Shown one piece after another: positions 23,141-30,651 of a DNA stretch of 39,458 nt. The position numbers and the translations under genes are program-made. The DNA is from an uncultured bacterium (GTDB lineage: Bacteria; Eisenbacteria; RBG-16-71-46). The stretch is from NCBI GenBank assembly GCA_964398895.1, contig CAYNPF010000002.1, forward strand, positions 1 to 39,458. The letters are read 5' to 3'. Positions within the stretch are counted from its first letter, which is position 1. Every line of letters starts with the position of its first letter. The notes beneath the pieces were generated by a model that was given only the letters and a program-made list of their open reading frames with translations, was not told where the DNA came from and searched no databases.

Positions 23141-24925
23141 GTGCCGAAACGCTTCTACATCACCACCGCCATTGACTACGTCAACGGCCAGCCCCACCTC
23201 GGTCACGCCTGCGAGAAGGTGCTGGCCGACACCATCGCGCGCATCCACCGCCAGCGCGGAGACGCCACCTACTTCCTCACCGGCACCGACGAGCACGGCC
23301 AGAAGATCGCCGCCGCCGCCGAGAAGGCGGGGCTCGAGCCGCAGGCCTTCGTGGACCGGATGTCGCGGACCTTCACCTCCGCCTGGGAGAAGCTGGGGGT
23401 GTCCTACGACCAGTTCATCCGCACCTCCGACCGCCGCCACGAGCTGGCGGTGCAGGAGCTGATGCGGCGGCTGGCGCAGGCGCTGACCCCGCGCACCGGC
23501 GCGCCGGCCATCTACGAGGGCGAGTACTCCGGGTTGTACTGCGAGGGCTGCGAGGGTTTCAAGGCCGAGAAGGAGCTGGACGACAAGGGCCGCTGCCCCG
23601 AGCACAAGAAGAAGCCTAAGGAGATCAAGGAATCGAACTTCTTCTTCCGGCTCTCCGAGTACGACGAGGCGCTGCTGAAGCACATCGAGGCCCACCCCGA
23701 GTTCATCCAGCCCGACTACCGCCGCAACGAGGTGGTCAGCCTGATCCGCGGCGGGCTCGAGGACGTCAGCGTCTCGCGCCCCAACCTGCGCTGGGGCATC
23801 CCGCTGCCCGAGGAGATCAAGGGCGGCGAGGGGCACACCGTCTACGTCTGGCCCGACGCACTGCTGAACTACCTCTCGGCGCTGGGCTGGCCGCAGCGCA
23901 TCTACACCAAGTGGTGGCTGGCCCGGCAGGGCGAGACCGGCGGTCCCGGCGCCGCGCGCCAGGACGAGTTCCAGGAGCTCGACGGCCAGGGGCGCCCCGG
24001 CGCGGCGTGGGCCGGCACCGGGCAGCCGCAGTACACCAATGCCTTCCACCTGATCGGCAAGGACATCAGCCGCTTCCACTGCGTGCTGTGGCCGGCCATG
24101 CTGCTCGCGGCCGGCGTGCCGCTGCCGCGCCAGGTCTTCGTGCACGGCTTCATCACCGTGCCGAAGTCCGCAAAGGACGGGGCGGCCGCCGAGCAGGTCA
24201 AGATGGGCAAGTCGCTCGGCAACGTCGTGGACCCGATGGATCTGGTGGCGCGTTTCGGCGCCGACGCGCTGCGCTTCTACCTGGTGGACGCCATCCCCAC
24301 CGGCGGCGACGGCGAGTTCTCGCTCGAACTGTTCGTCGAACACTGCAACACCCACCTCGCCAACAAGCTCGGCAACCTCGTCAGCCGCACGGTGAAGCTG
24401 GTGCACAACGGCTACGCCGGCGCCACGCCGCCCGAATGGGCGCCGGAGTCGTTCGCCGACGCCACGGTGCGCGAGGCGTTCGACGCCCTCACCGCCGCGG
24501 CCGCCGCGGCCGCCGACGAGGTGCCGCGGGCCTACGACGAGCTGCGGCTCAACGACGGCCTGGCCAGCGCCTGGCGGGCGATCGAGCGCGCCAACGAATT
24601 CGTGGACCGCTCGCGCCCCTGGGACCTCGCCAAGGACCCGGCCCGCCGCGCCGAGCTGGGCACCGCGCTCAACGCGCTGCTCGAGACGCTGCGGCTCGTG
24701 GCGATCTGGGCCTGGCCGGTGATCCCGGGCAAGTGCGAGGAGCTGTGGCGCGTGCTCGGCCTGCCCGGCACGCCCGCGGCCCCGGCCGGCGGCGCGGCCC
24801 GTCCCGAGTTCGGCGCCCCGGCGGCGCGCCCGCTGGGCGAGCCGGTGATCCTCTTCCCGCGCATTGACCTCAAGGCCACGAGCGGCGCGCCGCCGAAGCC
24901 GGCGGGCCCGGCGAAGGCGAAGTAG
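23141..24925 (+). CDS. metG: Methionyl-tRNA synthetase (short form without a C-terminal tRNA-binding appendix)
   Basis: The HIGH region is YVNGQPHLGHA and the KMSKS region is KMGKSLGN. The zinc knuckle is CEGCEGF...CPEH. The anticodon-binding helical domain is present. The gene has a GTG start. Confidence 0.9.
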   Translation: MPKRFYITTAIDYVNGQPHLGHACEKVLADTIARIHRQRGDATYFLTGTDEHGQKIAAAAEKAGLEPQAFVDRMSRTFTSAWEKLGVSYDQFIRTSDRRHELAVQELMRRLAQALTPRTGAPAIYEGEYSGLYCEGCEGFKAEKELDDKGRCPEHKKKPKEIKESNFFFRLSEYDEALLKHIEAHPEFIQPDYRRNEVVSLIRGGLEDVSVSRPNLRWGIPLPEEIKGGEGHTVYVWPDALLNYLSALGWPQRIYTKWWLARQGETGGPGAARQDEFQELDGQGRPGAAWAGTGQPQYTNAFHLIGKDISRFHCVLWPAMLLAAGVPLPRQVFVHGFITVPKSAKDGAAAEQVKMGKSLGNVVDPMDLVARFGADALRFYLVDAIPTGGDGEFSLELFVEHCNTHLANKLGNLVSRTVKLVHNGYAGATPPEWAPESFADATVREAFDALTAAAAAAADEVPRAYDELRLNDGLASAWRAIERANEFVDRSRPWDLAKDPARRAELGTALNALLETLRLVAIWAWPVIPGKCEELWRVLGLPGTPAAPAGGAARPEFGAPAARPLGEPVILFPRIDLKATSGAPPKPAGPAKAK

Positions 24926-24929
24926 GCGG

Positions 24930-24953
24930 GACGGCGCCCTCCGGGGCGCCGTC
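24930..24953 (+). terminator. Strong hairpin between metG and the TatD-family gene (weak terminator or processing/attenuation site)
   Basis: A perfect 10-bp stem GACGGCGCCC / GGGCGCCGTC has a TCCG loop. No T-tract follows, and the next ATG lies 9 nt downstream. Confidence 0.35.
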
Positions 24954-24961
24954 GTCCCCCC

Positions 24962-25726
24962 ATGATCGACACCCACTGCCACCTCGCCGATCCGCGCTTC
25001 GACGACGACCGCGAGCGTGTGCTCGACCGCGCCCGCGTCGCCGGCGTGACGCACCTCGTCGAGGTCGTCTACGCCCCCGAGATCCTCCCGCGCGCCGAGG
25101 CGCTGGCCCGCGAGCATCCGGCGATCTTCCTCTGCCTCGGCGTGCACCCCAACGAGGCGGGCCGCGTGCCGGACGAGTGGCGGACGACGCTGCGCGAGGC
25201 GGCGCGCGCCCCGCGCGTGGTGGCGCTGGGCGAGATGGGCCTCGACTTCTACCGCGACCGTGCGCCGCGCGCCGACCAGGAGCGCTGGTTCCGCGCCCAG
25301 CTCGCCCTGGCCGACGAGCTGGGCCTGCCGGTGGTCATCCACCAGCGCCAGGCCCTGGCCGAGACGCTGGCCATCCTCGAGGAGGTCCGGCCGGCGGCCG
25401 GCGGCGTGCTGCACTGCTTCGACGACGGTCCGGCCGCCGTCGAGCGCGCGGCGGCGCTGGGCTTCAAGCTGGGCCTGGGCGGCTGCCTGACCTACGGCCA
25501 CGGGCCGCTCACCGACGCGGTGCGCACCGCGCCGGCCGAGCTGCTGGTGCTCGAGACCGACGCGCCGTGGCTGGAACCGGAACCCCGCTCGCTGCGGCGC
25601 AACGAGCCCGGGCTGCTGCCCCGGGTGGTGCGCCGGCTCTGCGAGCTGCGCGACTGGACGGCCGCCGAGGCCGACCGCATCACCACCGCGAACGCCCGCG
25701 ACCTCTTCCGTTTCCCGATCGGCTAG
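24962..25726 (+). CDS. TatD-family metal-dependent hydrolase (YabD/YcfH type)
   Basis: The N-terminus MIDTHCHL is characteristic of the family. Other matches are GEMGLDFYR, VVIHQRQA, HCFDDG and LLVLETDAPWL. The position after metG matches many genomes. Confidence 0.85.
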   Translation: MIDTHCHLADPRFDDDRERVLDRARVAGVTHLVEVVYAPEILPRAEALAREHPAIFLCLGVHPNEAGRVPDEWRTTLREAARAPRVVALGEMGLDFYRDRAPRADQERWFRAQLALADELGLPVVIHQRQALAETLAILEEVRPAAGGVLHCFDDGPAAVERAAALGFKLGLGGCLTYGHGPLTDAVRTAPAELLVLETDAPWLEPEPRSLRRNEPGLLPRVVRRLCELRDWTAAEADRITTANARDLFRFPIG

Positions 25727-25840
25727 CCCGGACGATTCGTGAGCCCGCGCCTGCGGGGGCGGGCGCGCGAATCGCCGCGACCGCTTCCGGCCCCGCAGCC
25801 CTTTGCGGCTCAAGGCACTGCCTCGCCGGGCCGATAACCC
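25722..25840. repeat. Second, shorter and degenerate copy of the intergenic element seen at 1758-1965
   Basis: 25722-25756 (GCTAGCCCGGACGATTCGTGAGCCCGCGCCTGCGG) matches 1758-1792 at 32 of 35 positions. The downstream part shares CCCGCAGCC and TTGCGG blocks (25792-25812) with 1924-1943. The element overlaps the upstream gene's TAG stop and ends just before the next ATG (25845). Confidence 0.45.
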
Positions 25841-25844
25841 GATC

Positions 25845-26897
25845 ATGCCCGGACCGTCCTCGCTGCCGCATGCCGGCGCCCTGTCGGCCCTCGTCATCAC
25901 CACGGCCGCCGTGGCCGCGGTGTGGGCGCTGCGCGCGCTCCAGCGCCGCGAGCGCCGCCGGGATCGGCGCCGCGTCGCCGACTTCGCCCAGGCGGTGCGC
26001 GCCTTCCTCGAGCAGCGACTCGACGCCGACGAGCTGACCGCGCAGGCGGAGACGGCCGAGCCGAGCGTCTTCTGGACGACGATCGAGGAGCTGGTGAGCC
26101 GCGGCGCCGGCTGGCTGCGTCTCTCGCGCGCGCTGGCCGGCGGCCCGCACCTCGAGGAGGAGCGCCGCGCCCTGCGCGAGGAGTCGCCGTGGCGGCGCGA
26201 GCTGGCCGCGCGCCGGATGGGGCTCCTGTTCTCGACCGCCTCGCGCCGCGCCCTGCGCGCGGCCATGACCGACGGTCCCGAGCTGGTCACCGCCGCCGCC
26301 GCCGCCGCGCTGGCGCGCTACCGCGATCGCCGCGCACTGGCCTGGGTGCTGGACAACCCGCACGCGGTGGGACGCCGTCCGCACCGCCAGCGCGTCGGCC
26401 TGCTCTGCGCCTTCGGCCACGGCGGGCTGCCGGCGCTGACCGCGGCGCTCGAGCGCGGCACCGGCGACGCGGCGATGGACCGCGCGATCATCGAGGCGCT
26501 GGGCCTGGCGCGTCACCACGCCGCCCGCCGGGCGGTCGAGCGTCGCCTGCGCGAGGGCGACGTCGAGCAGCGCATCGCCGCCGCGCGCGCCCTGGGACGC
26601 ATGGAGGCCACCGACTGCGCCACCTCGCTGGTCGGCGCCCTGCAGGACCAGGCCTGGGCGGTCCGCGCCCAGGCCGCGCACGCCCTCGGCCACATGCGGG
26701 CCGAGATCGCGCTGCTGGCGCTCCCCACCCGGCTCACCGACCCGGCCTGGTGGGTGCGGCACCACGCGGCGCACGCGCTGCGCGAGTTCGGGACCGAGGG
26801 GCGGCGCGAACTGGAACGCATCGCCGCCCACTCGCCCGACCGCTACGCCCGCGACATGGCCCGCGAGGTGCTCGCCGACTGGCCCGACGTGGCGTGA
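25845..26897 (+). CDS. Membrane-anchored HEAT-repeat (PBS-lyase-type) protein
   Basis: The N-terminal TM helix is GALSALVITTAAVAAVWAL. HEAT-like repeats include QRIAAARALGRM, AWAVRAQAAHALGHM and AWWVRHHAAHALREFG. ATG 25845 is preferred over TTG 25803. Confidence 0.65.
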   Translation: MPGPSSLPHAGALSALVITTAAVAAVWALRALQRRERRRDRRRVADFAQAVRAFLEQRLDADELTAQAETAEPSVFWTTIEELVSRGAGWLRLSRALAGGPHLEEERRALREESPWRRELAARRMGLLFSTASRRALRAAMTDGPELVTAAAAAALARYRDRRALAWVLDNPHAVGRRPHRQRVGLLCAFGHGGLPALTAALERGTGDAAMDRAIIEALGLARHHAARRAVERRLREGDVEQRIAAARALGRMEATDCATSLVGALQDQAWAVRAQAAHALGHMRAEIALLALPTRLTDPAWWVRHHAAHALREFGTEGRRELERIAAHSPDRYARDMAREVLADWPDVA

Positions 26898-26913
26898 GCG
26901 GCGCGGCCGCGCC

Positions 26914-28884
26914 TCAGGCGGCCCGCGGCTTGAAGACGCGCACCGGCACGATGATGGTGTGCAGGCCGCGGAACTGCAGCCGCCGCTGGATCTCGTGGGC
27001 GGTGTCGTTGTGCAGCAGCCGCTGGTACCAGCGCTCGTCCTCGAACACCAGCCGGCTGGCGAAGAACACGCTGCGCCGGTACTCGCGGGCGATCCCCGCG
27101 CACAGCTCCTCCAGCTCCGGCGCCGCCTCGGTGCCCACGGCCATGCGGTACTCGGCCGACAACCCGAGCCCGCGTGCGGTGGCGACGTAGCGCTCGAGCG
27201 CCTCGTGGGTGGCGGCCTCGACGCGGTCCACCTCCTCCACGCCCTTCATGGTCGCCGAGTCCACGACGCCGACCGAGACGAAGAGGAACTGGCGGAAGTG
27301 CCCGGGGAAGAGCCGCTGCGAGTCGAGCAGGGCGTGCAGGCCGAGCCCGCCGAACGCCCCCACCAGCATCACGCCCAGCGGCTGCGCGGGATCGAGCGGC
27401 GGCGGCGCGGCATGGCTCGTCACCGGCAGGTTGGTCATCACCTCGTCGAGGCGGCGCAGGCTCGCCCGCGTCCGCTCGTAGTGCCGGTGGACGCGCAGGC
27501 ACAGACCGACCACCACCGCCGTCACCGCCAGGGTGATCCAGCCGCCTTCGCGCCCCTTCTCGATGATCGTGCCGGTGAGGATGCTCACGCACATCAGCAG
27601 GGCGACCCCGTGCACGAGGAAGCCGCGCCGCCGGCCCGGCCCGCGCCGCTTCCACCAGAAGCGCAGCATGCCGAGCTGCGAGAGCGAGAAGGTCACGAAC
27701 ACGTTGATCGAGTACATGATCAGGAGGGCGGTGATGTTGCCGTGCGTGTAGAACAGCACGCCGATCGAGGCCAGCCCCATCAGCATCACGCCGTTCTGCA
27801 TGGTGAGCTGGCTGGAGAGCTGGGCGAAGCGGTGCGGGAACCACGAGTCGCTCGCCATGTTGCCCATCACCCGCGGGCCGTCAATGAAGCCCGCCTGCGC
27901 GGCCACGAACAGCAGCGCCGCCTCGGCCACCAGCGTCACCACGATGAAGCCCCGCCCCAGCGGCAGCCCGCCCGGCCGCCAGGCGCCGGCGAAGCGGTCG
28001 AGCAGCACGGCGTTCATGGTCCGGCCCGGCTCGGGGGCGACGCGGAACAGCAGGTAGCAGACGAGGATGCCGGCGGCGGTGAGGGCCAGCGAGACGGCCA
28101 TGTAGGTCATGGTGCGCCGGGCGGTGCGCACCTTCGGCTCGCGCATGATCTGCAGCCCGTTCGAGACGGCCTCGATGCCGGTGTAGGTGCCGGCGCCCAT
28201 CGAGTAGGCCCGCGCGAACACGGCGAAGATGCCGAGGAAGCCCAGGGTGGCCAGGCCGCCGCGGAAGCCGCTCGTCACCTCGTGCTGGACCTCCGGCACG
28301 CGGCCGAGGTGCCCGCCGATACCGCCGAAGATGAGGATGGCGTGGGTGAGCACGAACAGGGCGAAGACCGGCGCCAGCACGGTGACCGATTCCTTGACCC
28401 CGCGCAGGTTCAGCAGCACCAGCAGACCGATCACCACCGCCGCCACCATCACCTTGGCGCCGGCCCACTCCGGGGGCAGGACGCTGAAGACCTGGTCGGT
28501 GCCGCTGGCGATCGAGGTGGCGATGGTGAGGACGTAGTCCACCAGCAGCGCCGAGCCCGAGACCACGCCCCACTTCGGTCCCAGCAGGCGCGAGGCGACG
28601 ACGTAGCCGCCGCCGCCGAAGGGGAAGTGGGCGATGATCTGCGAGTAGGCCACCGAGAGGATGACCACGGTGATGGTGGTGGCCAGGGCCAGCGCGATGG
28701 CGAGGTAGTGGTGGGTGCCGAGGGCGCGGAACGCCTCGTCCGGACCGTAGGCCGAGGAGGACAGGCCGTCGGCGCCGAGCCCGACCCACGCCAGCAGCGC
28801 GACGAGCGAGATGGCGTGGAAGGTGAGCGGGTCGCGCAGGTTGCGCGGACCGCCGAGGAGGAGACGTTTCAAGCGTGATAACAC
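26914..28884 (-). CDS. APC-superfamily transporter with a C-terminal cytoplasmic domain, KimA-like (possible K+/H+ symporter)
   Basis: It has a GTG start and 12 predicted TM helices. The motifs GADGLSSSAYGPDEA, LLVDYVLTIATSIASGTDQVF, LNLRGVKES and GTYTGIEAVSNG resemble my recollection of Bacillus KimA (YdaO). A soluble C-terminal domain of about 200 aa follows. Confidence 0.7.
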   Translation of the reverse strand: MLSRLKRLLLGGPRNLRDPLTFHAISLVALLAWVGLGADGLSSSAYGPDEAFRALGTHHYLAIALALATTITVVILSVAYSQIIAHFPFGGGGYVVASRLLGPKWGVVSGSALLVDYVLTIATSIASGTDQVFSVLPPEWAGAKVMVAAVVIGLLVLLNLRGVKESVTVLAPVFALFVLTHAILIFGGIGGHLGRVPEVQHEVTSGFRGGLATLGFLGIFAVFARAYSMGAGTYTGIEAVSNGLQIMREPKVRTARRTMTYMAVSLALTAAGILVCYLLFRVAPEPGRTMNAVLLDRFAGAWRPGGLPLGRGFIVVTLVAEAALLFVAAQAGFIDGPRVMGNMASDSWFPHRFAQLSSQLTMQNGVMLMGLASIGVLFYTHGNITALLIMYSINVFVTFSLSQLGMLRFWWKRRGPGRRRGFLVHGVALLMCVSILTGTIIEKGREGGWITLAVTAVVVGLCLRVHRHYERTRASLRRLDEVMTNLPVTSHAAPPPLDPAQPLGVMLVGAFGGLGLHALLDSQRLFPGHFRQFLFVSVGVVDSATMKGVEEVDRVEAATHEALERYVATARGLGLSAEYRMAVGTEAAPELEELCAGIAREYRRSVFFASRLVFEDERWYQRLLHNDTAHEIQRRLQFRGLHTIIVPVRVFKPRAA

Positions 28885-28892
28885 GGCCGGGG

Positions 28893-28901
28893 ACTATATC
28901 A
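28893..28901 (-). promoter_or_regulatory. Extended -10 promoter element for the APC transporter gene
   Basis: On the minus strand, TGaTATAGT is followed by 8 nt (CCCCGGCC) and then GTG 28884. Confidence 0.45.
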
Positions 28902-28959
28902 CGGTGGCCGGCCCCACCGCCCCGGGCGCCCGACGCTGGCCGCCGCCCGCCCCGCCCCG

Positions 28960-28965
28960 TACACT
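28960..28965 (+). promoter_or_regulatory. -10-like hexamer for a leaderless rsmA transcript
   Basis: TACACT is followed by 6 nt (GCCGCC) and then ATG 28972. There is no SD. Confidence 0.45.
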
Positions 28966-28971
28966 GCCGCC

Positions 28972-29880
28972 ATGGGCGACCTTCCCCCCCACCGGACCCG
29001 GGCCTCGGCCTGGCTCACCCGCCGCGCCGCCGCCGAGGGCAGCGAGTTGACGCGGGTGAAGCGCGCGCTCGCCGAGCGCGGCCTCTCGCCGCTCAAGCGC
29101 ATGGGGCAGAACTTCCTGGTGCGCTCCGACCTCGCCGGGCGCATCGTGGAGTTCGCCGGGGTCGGGTCCGACGACGTCGTGGTCGAGATCGGACCCGGGG
29201 CCGGCGCGCTCACCCCGGGACTGGCGGCCCGCGCCCGCGCCGTGATCGCGGTGGAGAAGGACACCGGCCTCGCCGCCCTGTTGCGCGAGGAACTGGCCGA
29301 GCTGGCGCGCCTCGAGGTGGTCGAGGGCGACTTCCTCGACGTGGACCTCGCCGCCCTCGCCCGCGAGCACGACGCCGCGCGGCTCGTCGTGGTCGGCAAC
29401 ATCCCCTACAACATCACCACCCCGCTGCTCGAGCGCATCTTCGCCGCCCGCGCCGTGGTCGCCAGCGCCGTGCTGCTGGTGCAGAAGGAGTACGCCGAGC
29501 GTCTGGCCGCCGCGCCCGGCACGCCGGCCTACGGCTCGCTCACGCTGTTCGCCCGCTACCACGCGTTGCTCGAGCCGCTGCTGCTCGTGCGCGCGCCGGC
29601 CTTCTGGCCGCGGCCCGACGTGGACAGCATGCTGGTGCGCTTCCGCCTGCGCGAGGGCCCGCCGGTCGAGGCCGACGAGGAGCTGCTGTTCCGCATCGTG
29701 CGCGGCGCGTTCCGCATGCGCCGCAAGCAGCTCGCCAACACGCTGGCGGAATCGCTCGCCCTCGACCGCGCGGGGGTGGAGCGGCTCTGCCGCACCGCCG
29801 CCCTCGACGGCCGGCGCCGCGGCGAGACGCTCTCGCTCGAGGAGTTCGCGCGGCTGGCCCGGGCGGCGGCGCGGGACTGA
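28972..29880 (+). CDS. rsmA: 16S rRNA (adenine1518/1519-N6)-dimethyltransferase RsmA/KsgA
   Basis: The matching motifs are LKRMGQNFLV, the SAM motif VVEIGPGAGALT and the catalytic VVGNIPYNITTPLL. Confidence 0.9.
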   Translation: MGDLPPHRTRASAWLTRRAAAEGSELTRVKRALAERGLSPLKRMGQNFLVRSDLAGRIVEFAGVGSDDVVVEIGPGAGALTPGLAARARAVIAVEKDTGLAALLREELAELARLEVVEGDFLDVDLAALAREHDAARLVVVGNIPYNITTPLLERIFAARAVVASAVLLVQKEYAERLAAAPGTPAYGSLTLFARYHALLEPLLLVRAPAFWPRPDVDSMLVRFRLREGPPVEADEELLFRIVRGAFRMRRKQLANTLAESLALDRAGVERLCRTAALDGRRRGETLSLEEFARLARAAARD

Positions 29881-29882
29881 CC

Positions 29883-29931
29883 GCCGGCGCCGCCCCCCGG
29901 AACGGCGCCGGCCCGGTCGCGGGACCGGGCC
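29883..29931. terminator. Two adjacent strong hairpins between convergent genes (bidirectional terminator region)
   Basis: Hairpin 1 is GCCGGCGCCG (29883-29892) / CGGCGCCGGC (29903-29912), a 10-bp perfect stem. Hairpin 2 is GGCCCGGTC (29910-29918) / GACCGGGCC (29923-29931), a 9-bp perfect stem with a GCGG loop. Confidence 0.5.
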
Positions 29932-29958
29932 GGTGCGCATCGCGGGGCCGCGACGTGC

Positions 29959-30651
29959 TCAGGGCTCGACGAACTTGTAGCCCACCTTGTGCACGGCGAC
30001 GATGAACGGCTGGGCGAAGCCCGCGCCCAGCTTGGAGCGCAGGTTCGAGACGTGCGTGTCCACGGTGCGCGTCGTCACCCCCAGCTCCTCGTCCACGCCC
30101 CAGATCTCCTCGAGCAGCTCCTCGCGCGACACGGTGCGGCCGCGGTGCTCGATCAGGTACTTGAGCAGCTCGAACTCCTTGAAGGAGAGCGCCACCTGGA
30201 CGCCGGCCTTGTGGACCTCGCGCGGCTCGAAACGCACCTCGACGTCGCCGAAGGCGTACACGGTCGGTCCGGGAGCCGGCGCGCCCGAAGGCCCGCGGGC
30301 CAGCAGCCGCTTGGCGCGGGCCAGCAGCTCCTTCACCCCGAAGGGCTTGGTGACGTAGTCGTCCGCGCCGAGGTCGAAGCCCTTGACCACGTCGGCCTCG
30401 AAGTTGCGCGCGGTCATCACCAGCACCGGGATGTCGCGGTGCCGCTGCCGCAGCTCCTTGAGCACGGTGAAGCCGTCCTTCTCCGGCAGCATGATGTCGA
30501 GCAGCACGAGGTCGGGCTTCTGCTTGAGCGCGGTGCGCAGCCCCTCCTGGCCGTTCGTGGCCGTGAGAACCTCGTAGCCCTCGAACCTGAAGTTGTGCGC
30601 CAGGCCCTCGAGCAGGCCTTCCTCGTCCTCGACGATCAGGACTCGCTTCAT
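29959..30651 (-). CDS. OmpR/PhoB-family response regulator
   Basis: The receiver part is MKRVLIVEDEEGL...LVLLDIMLPEKDG...DDYVTKPF. The winged helix is FKEFELLKYLIEHRGRTVSREELLEEIWG...TRTVDTHVSNLRSKLG. ATG 30651 overlaps the kinase stop in an ATGA arrangement. Confidence 0.9.
   Translation of the reverse strand: MKRVLIVEDEEGLLEGLAHNFRFEGYEVLTATNGQEGLRTALKQKPDLVLLDIMLPEKDGFTVLKELRQRHRDIPVLVMTARNFEADVVKGFDLGADDYVTKPFGVKELLARAKRLLARGPSGAPAPGPTVYAFGDVEVRFEPREVHKAGVQVALSFKEFELLKYLIEHRGRTVSREELLEEIWGVDEELGVTTRTVDTHVSNLRSKLGAGFAQPFIVAVHKVGYKFVEP

Noticed and set aside
23117-26290. A 1057-aa minus-strand ORF opposite metG, the TatD-family gene and the HEAT-repeat gene
   Set aside because: The reasoning is the same. 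It is antisense to genes with clear catalytic motifs, and its composition is typical of out-of-frame GC-rich translation.
26895-26916. A palindrome TGAGCGGCGCGGCCGCGCCTCA containing the 14-bp perfect palindrome GGCGCGGCCGCGCC, between the convergent HEAT and APC stops
   Set aside because: It is real as a sequence. As RNA it gives only a short stem around a 4-nt loop and has no U-tract. The evidence is not enough to call it a terminator.
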